NCBI GenBank assembly: GCA_036172245.1
Contig: JAYWIR010000006.1
Location: 1,054,001 to 1,118,000 of the forward strand
Source of the DNA: Raillietiella orientalis
Taxonomy: Eukaryota
Reading direction: 5' to 3'
DNA: 64,000 nucleotides
Shown: in pieces, positions 26,741 to 37,721 of the stretch
Layout of the letters: each line of letters begins with the position of its first letter
Position numbering within the stretch: the stretch's first letter is position 1
Program-made: the position numbers and the translations under genes
The notes under the pieces: generated by a model
What the model saw: only the letters and a program-made list of their open reading frames with translations
Database searches by the model: none
What the model was told of the DNA's origin: nothing

Positions 26741-29700
26741 CGGAACTCCTGGGAGATCCCGGATGCTCCCTTCCTTTCCCTATGCTGCCAGCATGACTCC
26801 ATCTTGAGGGGCATCCCCCGTAGCGATAAGAGGCTTTAGGTTCCCAAAGAACTTGAGCATGCCGCGAGGTCACAGGTTCCTTGTCCTCGCAGGCGCAGGC
26901 GCGATGGCTCCGCGCGTCGGGAGAGAAATCGCCCTGGCACCTCTCCCAGACCGAAGTATGCGCGGAGCGTTCTTCTGGCGACTTCCCGCCCCCATAAACA
27001 TTCTACTCGCCCCATTCATTATCCCTTCCCTTGCACTTCCCCGGTGCTTGCTCGCAACCGACCTGTAGCGGGTCGGTGACCCGTTCCTGGACTTGTGAAG
27101 GTGGAACTCGTTTCTCTGTTGTCCCTTACTGCCGTTAGCATTGTCGGAGTGGGTTTATCCGCATGGTAAGAGCTACGGCGTGACCAGGTGGGAAGCCTTC
27201 CCGCTCAGGGGACGTCGGCCAGGCTAAGCAGCAGCAGCGCCTCTTTGCGGTTACACTCTCGCCGCGAGAAAGGGGGAGCCTGAACTCGTGCTACCCGGAC
27301 GGAAGCAGATGCGAACGTGGTGCGGACGGGTGGTGCTAGCGAAGAGACTGTGGAACACACTGGTGTCTCCCTCCTCGGGCATTCTCCTGGATTGCCACCC
27401 GGGTGCGCTGGGGCATTCACTGTATGTAAAAATAAACACTTGGAATTTCTGTGGTCCAACCACGCCCTCCTCAAAACAAACCTGCCACGCTACCGGTGCG
27501 CAGGCTGGAGGGGTCCTCCACGGCAGTAGGGGGGGGGGGACAAAAACAGAGAAGGAAACAAAATTAAAAGCAAATCAATAAATTTGGGGGATGCGGGAAG
27601 GGATTACGCTCTGCTGGAGGCGCGTCCTCTGAATCCTTTGAAGGATGCCTGCAAGCTCTCGCTGGATGTTGCTTTCCAGGTGGGGCCATCTCGTTGTCAT
27701 CCTCAGGAAGCGGACGGCAAAGTGGTTGTGGTACCCCTGTAGCTCCGTCTTCTTGCATCGCTCCAGGAGGCTACAATCCCACGTAGGATGCCGGCCGATG
27801 GGCGTTTTGTAGGAGGGGGGCCGTAAAGCACCCCTGGAGTTGCTGCCGAGGGTTCCTAGAGTCCTGGCAGAGCTGGAGGGGCAAGAGGGCCACGCAATTC
27901 ATGAGCATGTGGGGGAGGGATTCGCGCTCCCCTCTCCTGCCACAGTTCGGGTCCACATCTCCCCCTTGTCCAGTGATGCCGACGAGCGTTGCACGGGAGG
28001 TCCCAGAGCAGCAGCAGCAAGAACGCTGACTCCCACCACTTCAAGGGGAGAATGAGGGTGCCCAAGAACACTGGGAGCCACTGCAGATCTTCCAGCGGAC
28101 TATCCAGCAGCTTGCTCCTATGCAGAATTCCTCGAGGCTGGGCATTAGGCGTCTCAGAGTCCGTGAACGGGCCCGTCGTCCACTCACCCAGTCCTCCTGC
28201 CGGAGATTTCCTCTGAGACCTCTTTAGCTAGCCGGAAGGCTGCTGCCCATGTGTTCCCTTAGGGTCAGCAGAGCTGCGGCGAGGGGGGTTCCTCCTGCCC
28301 ACGCAGCTTTTCCCCGGATCTTGAAGGAACTCCTGGAGCGTGCGGTTGCTGCAGGGACCGTGCAGGAAACGTTGTGTCTGTTCCGGGCATCGCTCCTGGT
28401 TCCCCGCCCACAAGAAAACGGTTTCCTGCAACCAGACACTACCGTTCGCAGGTTCCTGAATTATCCTGGAAGAACGCAGGGACGGCGAGGGATTGGCGTC
28501 CGTCGCCTCACGAAACCTCAGGTGCGAGCGAGGTTTGGACCACCTCTGGACCACCCGCTAGAGCCTGACTGCGTTGTTGATGGAGGAACGCGGCTGGCCA
28601 TCCTGCCCCCCGCCGAATGAGAATGCTTGGCGGGCGGCTGGACTTGTCGGAAACGTGGATGCAGGTGGGAAGTCCAAGCCTCCCTAGCAGCAGTGCCATC
28701 ATCGGCCGTGGAAGGTCCTCCTCCTAGCAGGGATACCGACGCTGCCAGCCTCCTGCCCAGACCTCAGAGCGCGACCATGGAGGACGCCATGCTCCATCTT
28801 TGGGGACCAAGAGGAAGAGGATGCCCCTGCAGAGAAGGAGGTGACCTTCCTTTTTCTCCGAGGTCACCTAGCCGGCGGAAAACCCCTCGCCTAGAGGACG
28901 AGTCCGCTCCCAAAGTTCCAGCTCGGGGTCCCGAAGGATTAATGGGATCTCCGGAACTCCCCCAGGAGAACTCCAAGATCCCGAGCTTCCTGGTGGACGC
29001 CTCCGTCCTGCACGGAGTGGTGGAGACGAGGGAGGGAGGCAACGAGGCGTTCCCAAACAGCAGTTCGTCGGAAGACGCACTGAGTTTACACCCGGATATG
29101 CCGGGGCATTTATTTTTGAAAAATAAAAACACATTACATTATCGCGTGTCGAACCCAAAGGCTCACCACACCAAAACAGCTTGCTGCTTGACGGTGCTGT
29201 GCCGGCGAGGTCCATCCGACGCGCGGGGGTGGGAATAAAAACAAAACAAACAAAAAGTTCAAACGTGGGAGGGCACAAATGAAGACGCACTGAGAGCAGA
29301 TGAAGGATCGCAAGAGACAACTACAACTATTCCAACCATTCCCTCCCCCCTTTTCTTCCTCCTCCACTTCTCTCTCCTCACTTCTTCCCCTCCCTTCCTT
29401 TCCCCTCCGTTCCCTCCCTTCTCTACCTTCCTTTTTTTCTTTTTTTTCAGGAGGCTCTCATGGCCTCGTAAAACCGCCAGATGTACGGAACGCGGGATGT
29501 TCTTGCAGAGAAGTCAGGAGTTCTGCACCTCCAGTAGAGCCATGGGCGGTGCGATTTTTCCCTCTGGGGGCACTCTGACCTCTCCTGGTGGAGTCTCCTG
29601 TGCTGCACTTTGCACTTATCGCGCTCGCAGACGTCTGGGAAGAGGGGATCGTGACGGATTCATCCCAGAGGGCTGCTGCCAGACCGATGGGTCCTCCAGG

Positions 29701-29944
29701 TGCCACCGCTAGTGCGGGACGAAGCAGATGCCAACCGAGACTCTCTCCCGAGAAATCTGCTCCGGGAAACTCAGGAATACCCTCGGAGTTTTCCCTCCCG
29801 GAACTCTTGGGAGATCCCGGATGCTCCCTTCCTTTCCCTGTGCTACCAGATGCCTCCATCTTGAGGGGGCATGCCCCCCAAAGAAGGGGGCTTCAGGTTC
29901 CCAAAGTACTTGCGCCCGTTGTGAGGTCATGGGCTCCTTGTCCT
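26741..29944 (+). repeat. Diverged direct repeat of about 146 bp (26741-26887 and 29799-29944)
   Basis: Both copies share cggaactc(c/t)tgggagatcccggatgctcccttcctttccct...ctccatcttgagggg...ggttcccaaag...ccttgtcct. Confidence 0.85.
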
Positions 29945-30100
29945 TGTCCGAGCTCCTGAAAGGTGGCAGGCTGCAGCCTGATTGGATGCTGGACGAGTAC
30001 GAAGATGGCATCCAAGACCTGCTGCGGAGTGCATCCACCCCTTCGGTCCACTGGTCGCCTTCCCATTTGGGCTCTTTTTCGCCGCTCGCGGTGACGGTGG
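27395..30100 (-). mobile_element. Tandem decayed L1/Tx1-like LINE 3' segments
   Basis: ORF2 C-terminal CCHC region LPCNARRHHWTRG/VDPNCGRRGERESLPHMLMNCVAL (~27890-28000) and T-rich 3' tails at 27395-27590 and 29090-29270. Homologous to 42930-43700. Confidence 0.7.
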
Positions 30101-31433
30101 CGACCTGAGACGAAGAGGAGCGTCGGCTTTCCGAAACCCTCCTCCTCCTCTTCCCTCCCTTCCTTCCCTCTTCCTCCTTCCTTCCTCTTCCCAACCTCCA
30201 TTGTGGAGTGGCTCCCCGAATCAAGGGCGGACACCGAAGAGAGCCTCAGGGCAACTGCGTAGAGACGCGCCTGTCCAAATCAGTTCAAAAGAACCTTCTT
30301 CCCCTCCCCACCTCGCTTCCCATCAGACACCTCCGACGGGGACATTTGTCCTGGTTGCCCCGAGCAGGCTCCTATGGAAGCGCCCCCACGCGAAGCGGAC
30401 GCCACTGCGGGGCATCTCGCAGGGCCACGCAAGGGAAAACGTATCCTCACGCTGCGGCTGCTGTCCTGAGAGCGGGAAGGACCCCATTCTTGCAAGGGGC
30501 TCATCCAGTCTACAGACGCCTTCAGCCCTTCCTCTTCCTCCTCCTCCCCCTTGCTCGTTCTGCCCACCGTAGCCCAGCGTCCCCCGCTCTTGCTCCTGGT
30601 CGTCATTGCCCTTCCCAAGGTCGACCATTTCGAGACTTCCGGCTTCGGCACGGACGAGTGGTTTCCGGTTCCCTTGCGAGCGTTCCCGACGCTCCCGCTC
30701 TCCTCTGGAGCTTCAGCGGCGCCGGTTGCCGCGCGGGAACAGCGATGGAAGCCTCCCTCGTAGCCGCTGCCCTGCGCGCACGAGCGCGCGTTCACCCGCG
30801 CCGGCGACATCCAGACGCTGCTCGTCTTCCGTCTGGACTCTGCCTCTGCAGAGTCCGCATCCCGAAGAGCAGACCACTCGACTCGAGCTGTGCCCCTTCT
30901 CTGACGCCACTTCTCCCCACATAGCGTAACGAGTGGCCTGCAACCTGCGACGGGAACCTTTCAGACGCGCGCACGCGTGCGACCCCGAGGGTTCGACCTG
31001 ACCACCTCGAGCCTCCCTCCCTTTGGTGGCGCCACCTCCTCGCTCTGGGGAACGCTTCGGTTGCCAGAAGGGCGGAAGCGACGGGTTCGCGTGGGGAAGG
31101 GAAGGGAAGGGAAGGGACGACGTAGTTCGGGGACCCTCCACTCCCATCGTGGAGCGCTGCCGTTCGCCGTCAGCCGGAAAGGTCCCGCCCGCGCCCTGCC
31201 GTGTGTTTCTGCGGCAGTCCGGAGGGGATCGCGACGCGCCCTCCGCCTCCGTGAGTCTCCGCGGAGCCCCCGAGCGTCGGCGCGACCGCCCTGATGGAGA
31301 GCGACAGGGCGGGGGTGCATGCAGAGTACGCCCGCAGCGGCAAGTCCCTGCCTCAGCTGGGCGCTCAACGAGACTGCGGAGGAGTCGGAGAAGGATGGCC
31401 GCTGCCAGCACGCTGGCGGGGACAGCTGTTTAT

Positions 31434-34400
31434 TTACAAGGTTGTCCTGGAGACGGCGTCGATGGTGGTGGGAGCAGCGGCTTCCGGCCTGCCGAGGAGG
31501 TGCATCCTGCTGGAGGGTGAAGGGAAGGGGACGGAGCGGAAGGCGGAGGCTTCCTTCCCAGCGCCGAAGGGCGAAAAAGAACACCCGGACGCGGCGACGG
31601 ACCTCAGAGGGCGACGCCGAGGCTTTCCCAGCGTGGAGGGCGGCATGCGGGCGGCCGCCCTACATCTTGAAGCAGCATCCCGCCGTCGTCGCATGCTGCC
31701 TCTGCGGAAGGTACTCTTCGCTGCAAGTAAAAGAACAACGCGGTTCCCCCGTTAGCGGCTCCGCGAGCAGCGCAGCAGCCTCTCAGCGTCCCCTGGCAGC
31801 TCCTCGGTGCGCAAATCCACGACGGAAGGGGGGGGGGGGAGAGGAGGGGAAGGGAAGTCGCTCGCCGCCGGCTGGGAAGCGGTGGCTCGGGCCGGCTAGC
31901 GCGAGCTCGGCTTTCCCGTGTCACAGATGCGGCGGAGCCGCCGAGGCCTCCGGCCAACCGCGAAGAGGCGCCCCGCCATTCTGAACGATGGAGTCGCGGA
32001 GACGCAGCTTTCCCCGCCTGACGGGTGCCGGATGCCGTCTGCGCGCGGCCTTTCGCCGGAGGCTATCGGGGAGGGGGAAAGGGGGGTCGCGTGAGGCGGC
32101 TGCCCGGCTTCGCGCGCGGAAGCACAGGACTTTTTTTTTTTCTTTCGCGCGCCTTTTCCTCCCCCCTCTCCCCCTCCCCTTCCTCTTCCTCCGAAGCGCG
32201 CAACGACGACAAAGCTCCCGAGTTCCTCCTGAGCGCGGCTTTCGGGATCGGAAGGAAGAGGCCGGAAGGGTCCGGACACACCTGGTCCTCAGCGTGACAA
32301 GCGTCTGGTCCTCGGTGATGCTGTCCGTTCCCTTGTGGCAGGAGGCCGTGTAGTGGTCGTGGTGGAGGCTCCTCTGCCTCCTGCCATGCGGCGTCGCCGC
32401 AGCCTCCCTCGAGAAGAAGACCATGCGGTTGCCGCTGCAATCCACGAGGGACACTTCCGCCACGGAGGAAGTGCTCTCCCGGGGATCGCTGATCCTGATC
32501 TCCCGCATTTCCCACTGCCCGCCGCCGCCGCCGCCGCCGCCCAACACGCTCTTCCGCGGGAGGTCCTTCGGGCTGCAAGGAGGACGCTTCCGGTTCCGTC
32601 ACCCCTGTCTCACCCCTTTGCTCACCATCCTTCGACACTGTCTCTCTTGGATGCAGGCCTGGAATCGTGGCGGCCTCTTTCCGCCCCGTGCCGGGAAGAA
32701 TCCCTGGAACTCATGGAGGTGAACTTACGGGAATAGCAGGGAGAGAGGAGGAGGGGGGAGGGTTTTTCATCTCGTCTCGGAGACTCGGGGATCCTCCTCC
32801 TCCTTCCTTTTGTCCCCTCCCTTTTGCACGGGGCAACCTCTGGCCTCAACCCCGCGCAGAAGGCAGCAAACGCGCGTCGGCGGGAGCTTCACGAACCTCC
32901 CGCTAGATGGGAGACAGGGCGCAGCACGACCTGATAGCTTCCCGTTGGACGATACCGGCCCACAACCCAAACCCCCCTCTCCCTTCAGGAGCCGTGAGAG
33001 CCCTCTTCCCTATCCCCACAACAACCAACCAACCAACCTCAAAGGGCTGCAGCAGCGTCTGGCGTCCGGGCCGGGCCGGCTGGCCGCAGCCGAGGACCTC
33101 CGGTAGCACGAGGACCTCCGGCAGCGGCGCTCCTCACCCTCCTCCTCCTCCTCCTCTTCCTCCTCTTCTCTGTGGTCACCGGAGCAGAGAGACGACGACC
33201 GGTAGCGCTCCTGCAAGAGAGGTCAGTGTGAGAGCGGGGAGGGAGGGGGAGGCTAGAGAGGGAGATGTCGAACGGACGTGAAAAGTGGCGGGGCAATCCC
33301 CGGACTCGAACTCCACCCTGGAGACCTGAAAACAAGGAAAGCATCGGGATCGTGTGGCTCTCGAACCACGCGCGCCCATCCGCGCATCCTCGGGGGGCCG
33401 ATGGAGCCCTCTCTCACCATGGCGACGTGTTTCTCTGCCTCGTTCCCCGAGATTATCTCCCGCGAGGCTCCCACCCATGCTCCGAGGCGGGTCGCATCCT
33501 ACCTACCCACCCCTGGCCGTCTGCCACGGCGACTCCGCGCCACTGGACGAAAGGGTCTTTCACCCTTTTCGTCTCCCCCTCGCGTGGCCGAGACCGGCTC
33601 CGAGGGATAGGAGAGAGAAGGGTGGGGGGCTGGTTCTTCGGATGGCAGCGCAACCGCAGCGCCAGAAGGAGGCGGCGACGGCGGCGGCGAGCGCAGTCAT
33701 AAGGAAGGCGGAAGGGGGAGAGCCTCGTGGAGCTCTCCTGGAACCGCTGCCATCCTCTCTTCCCTGCCCAAGGAGGCACCTGAAGGAGCGAAGGGAAAGG
33801 CACCTTCCCAAGGGCCGGGTGCCTTCTTCCACCCCCATCTGGAGCGGAAGGGGTGCCGGGTGCGGCTCTCTCGCGCACCTTCCCTGCCTCGATGCTCCCG
33901 ACGCCGGCCGAGAGCATTGGTACGCCCACGAGGGAGGAGGGTCACACGCACCTGGAACTCGCGGGCGAGGTCGCACAGCTCCCGGCGCAGCTCCTCGTTC
34001 TCCCGCCGCAGGGAGAAGTTGTCATCCTTGGCGCGCTCCATCTCGCGAATGGCGCTGTCTCGGTCCGCGGTCAGGTGCCTCACGGCGTTGTCGCGTTCCT
34101 TCAGCAGCCTTCTCAGCTCCTGCATCTGTGAAGAGGGAAACAGAACGGAGTCCCATCACACCCACGAGCATCCATCAGGCAGCCTCCCCCCCTTTCTGCT
34201 GCCCCCTTCCCTCTACCCCACCTCGTCCCGCCCTCGTAGCGACTTCGTGCGCAGGAGAAAAAAGGGAGACAGCCAGACTGCCAGCTGACCTTCCGCCGTG
34301 CGGCACAGATAGCGCCTTGGTGTTCCCGGCTCTTCGTCGCCGTAGGGGGGGGGGGGGGAGCGGCTAAGGCAGAGAGAGAGTTGGAACGAAGAAGCGAGAG

Positions 34401-37400
34401 GTCCGTCACGAATGGGAACGAAGGAGGAGGGTTGAATGAGCACGAGAGAATCTTCTGAATGCATCTGAACTCCTGGAGGCAGCGCCGCGAGTTTCAGGAA
34501 GGTCGGGAGGGAGCCGAGGTGAGTCCATGCAGAGGAAAGTAGGGCAAGGGAGAGAAAGGAGGAGAAGCAGGAGGGGGAGGAGGAAGAAAAGAGGAGAAAG
34601 AGGAAGGAGGAAGAGGAGGAAAGAAAAGGGAAGAAAGGTACCTGGTCCTCGAGACTGCGCTGGTGGGTCATGAAGCGCTGCACCTCCTGGTCCTGCAGCG
34701 CCACCTTCTCGCCGACCGACAGCAGCTCCTCCGTCTTGCTGCAGAGCTCCTTCTTCAACCGCTCCAGGTCCTCGTCCATGTTCTTCTGCAGAGACAGCAG
34801 ACTCTGGTTCTCCTGGGCCACCTTCCTGCAGTGGTTCCTCAGCTGCTCCAGAGCAGCCTCCTGGAAGCACGGGACGGGTGGGTGGGTGGAGGAACTGGCT
34901 GTGTCTGCGGATGGGTGCTACCAGGAGGGAGGTGGAAGTTCGGAAGGGTCCAGGAGGACGCAGGGGTGGGGGGGGGGGGAGAGGTCGTCGGGCGGCACCA
35001 TGGAGGCGGCTGTGGTGGGCGCACCCATCCCTCTCGCCCCATCTCCTACCTTGGTCGAGAGCTCCTCCACGCACCTCTGGGAGAGGGCCTTCTGCTCCTC
35101 CATCTGCTCTCGCAGCTGCCCGCACTGCAGATTGCTCTTCTCGAGCTTCGAGGCGAGCGTGTGGGCGTCCTGGACCAGCTGGTGGTGCTCTTCTCCCCGC
35201 TGGCTACGGGGGCGGCATGGACGCTCTCGTGCCACCCTTTCTCTCCCCCCGACCTGTTCTCCGCCGCCAGGAGGCGGTTCTCGGTCTTCGCCTGCTCCAG
35301 CATGACCTCGAGCTTGGAGATGCTCTGGCGGTGCCGGTTTACGTCGTTCTGCTTGTCCGTCAGGTCGATGAGGGCGTTCCTGGGGGCGGGAGGTGGGGAG
35401 AGAGGGGGCAGGGAGACCCACGTCCCCTCGTCTTGGATGAACGCGCCTTGAGGGTCGGCAGGAGGCAGCTGCGGCGACCGGTCCAGAGAAACCACTAGCA
35501 GGATGCTGCCGCCTCCCGGATTCATCCGTCCTTTCTCCCCTCACTCCCGCATCCTTCCCCGAGATCCCACGTGCAGGGGGGAAGCTCGGAGAGCGCACGG
35601 ACGCTGTTCTTGCCCATCCATCCTTCCGTCACTCTCGCTGAGACAGGATCGCCACCCCACTGCGGAACGCGCAGCCCGACCCTCCCCCCGGCGCAACAGG
35701 GGTCAACCTTACTGCAAGGATTGTTCCACTGCGGCCTTCGAGGACTCTACGCTGGTCAGCAGCGCGTCCCTCTGGGAGAGCATCCGGCGCAGGTCCTCCT
35801 TCTCATCCTGCTCCTGGCGCAGGCGCAGCTAGAAGAACGGAAGGCGGTTGACGGGTGAACGGGGTCGTCACGTAGTGAGGACGGGAACAGGGCGTGCCAT
35901 CCTCTCCACTCCCTCGCCCTGCCCGCGTACTGCGGAGAAGGGGAGGGGGAGGAGAAGGGGGCAGAAAAGGGGAGAGAAGGGGAGCGCCCTTTCCTCGTGG
36001 CTGTGAGAACGGAGAAGCTCTGCTGGGGACTCAGCTGAAATCTCCCTCAGGCAATGGGGGGCAATTCCACGATCTCCTCCCCCCTTCCCAGAGAAGTACA
36101 GTGGGTGGCAGACGGGCACCTCCCCCGGGCGTCTGCCTCTTCCTGGCCGCTCCTCGATCACGGCTTTCCCTTACTCCTCTCTGGAGAAGAGTTCCCAGCG
36201 GAGGAGGAGGAAGAGGAGGAGGAAGAGAATGATGATTATAAGAGGCAAAAGAGGGGTTCCTTTTACTTTACCCTCCCTCTCATCAAGTAACCCCACAAAC
36301 CTGCAGGCGGTTCCTCTTTTCGTTGCTTGACAACAGCTCCGTCTCCATGCTCTTGAGCGCGGACTCCAGCTCCACGATGCGGGCGGTCCTTTCGCGGACC
36401 TCTTTTCGGGACTCGCTCAGGAACCGCTCTACCCTGTTGCACAGCAACGTCTTCTCGTTGAGCCTCTGCGAGGCCTCTTTCATGGCCTGCTCCATGTCCC
36501 TAGAGACGATCCTGGGAAGGAAAGGGAGGCGATCCCGTCGACTGCGCCTCTCCTGGAGGGAGGGAGGCAGCCAGCGCGCTCCCTCCCACCTGACCCACGA
36601 GCCCGGGGGTACTCCCTGCAGATGCTAGAGGCCTCCCGGAATCTCTCAGGCCGGAGCGTCGCCGCCACCTCGCCGTTTCCCTCCCGAGAGAGATACGGCG
36701 ACGCTTCTAGAGTCGCACCGGGAAGGAGAAGGCGGAATCGCGCGCCCATTGCCCGCCATCCTCAACCCACCCCATTCTCTCCCTTCTCGCGGCCAAGTCT
36801 TCGTACAGGGAGGTCCTTTGTGCTCCCCCCTACTCTTGCACAGCTGTACCCCACTCTCTCACGACATCCAGCTTCTCCCCAGTCGCCAGCGGCAACCGCC
36901 GCCGTCAAGTAGCCTGCTCGAACGCGAGCACCACTCGCGGCGGCTGCCAGTGAGGGGGGGCACGGAGAGATTGGGTCCCACCACCAGCGCACCTCCTCCT
37001 CCTCCTCCTCCTCCTGGCTCCTCTTCTTCCCCGCCTTTGGGGCGTCGCGCGCACCCCGCGCGAACAAGGCCGTCCGTCCGTCCGTCTTCCGGCACGCCTC
37101 CCCCTCCCCCGCATCCCGGCATGGAAGGATACCTCTTGCACTCCAGCGCGTTCTTCTCCTCCAACAGCCTGCGCTGCGACTCCATCATCTGGGAGTGCAG
37201 GTCCTCCAGCTGAGCTTCCTGAGAGAGGATGAGTTCCTTCTGGTAGGTCAGCGTGGCATTCAGGGAGGCGTTCTCGGACCGCAGGAGCTCCAGCTGGGCG
37301 ACGGCCTTACCCAGCTGCGTGCCCTTGCCCGAGGAGGAGTGGCGCATCCTGTCGGACAGCGCCCCGCAGAGAAGTGAGTCCTTCCCTTCCTCCTCCTGCT

Positions 37401-37721
37401 CTTCCTCCTCCTCCGGCTTCAAGGGAGGTTTCCTGGCTTTCCCCGGCCTGCGCGCGAGCTGCCACTCCGGCTCAGGAGAGAACTCCACCACTCCGGCAGG
37501 CAGAGTGCCGACCTCCGAGCTCTACGGACCACAGGAAGGGGCGCATTTAGCGAAGGAAGGCGCTAGGGGCGGCCTCACGTTGTAAGGGCTGAAGTCGCTC
37601 TCCGAGATGAAAGGCACGGGCGACGAGCAAGCAGAGTTGGGGATGGAGTAGGTGGCGCTCACGGAGTACACGGAGACTGGGTCGCAGGACGACAGGCTGC
37701 TCACCTGGATGGCAGCGATCC
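31434..37721 (-). CDS. Unassigned multi-exon coiled-coil protein with a basic low-complexity tail (5' end not found)
   Basis: Chain of phase-compatible GT-AG exons with GC3-rich codons: ..LELLRSENASLNATLTYQKEL.., RIVSRDMEQAMKEASQRLNEK, LRLRQEQDEKEDL, NALIDLTDKQNDV, EAALEQLRNHCRKV, MQELRRLLKERDNAV. Last exon RMHLLGRPEAAAPTTIDAVSRTTL*, with AATAAA at 31429-31434. Confidence 0.7.

Noticed and set aside
37124..37132. GTATCCTTC donor resembling a U12-type 5' splice site
   Set aside because: No CCTTAAC-like U12 branch site near any candidate acceptor; the phase-compatible acceptor at 36512 has an ordinary pyrimidine tract.
33950..37500. Coiled-coil gene as a lamin or intermediate filament protein
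   Set aside because: The diagnostic LNxRLxxY and EIxxYRxLLEGEE rod-end motifs were not found.
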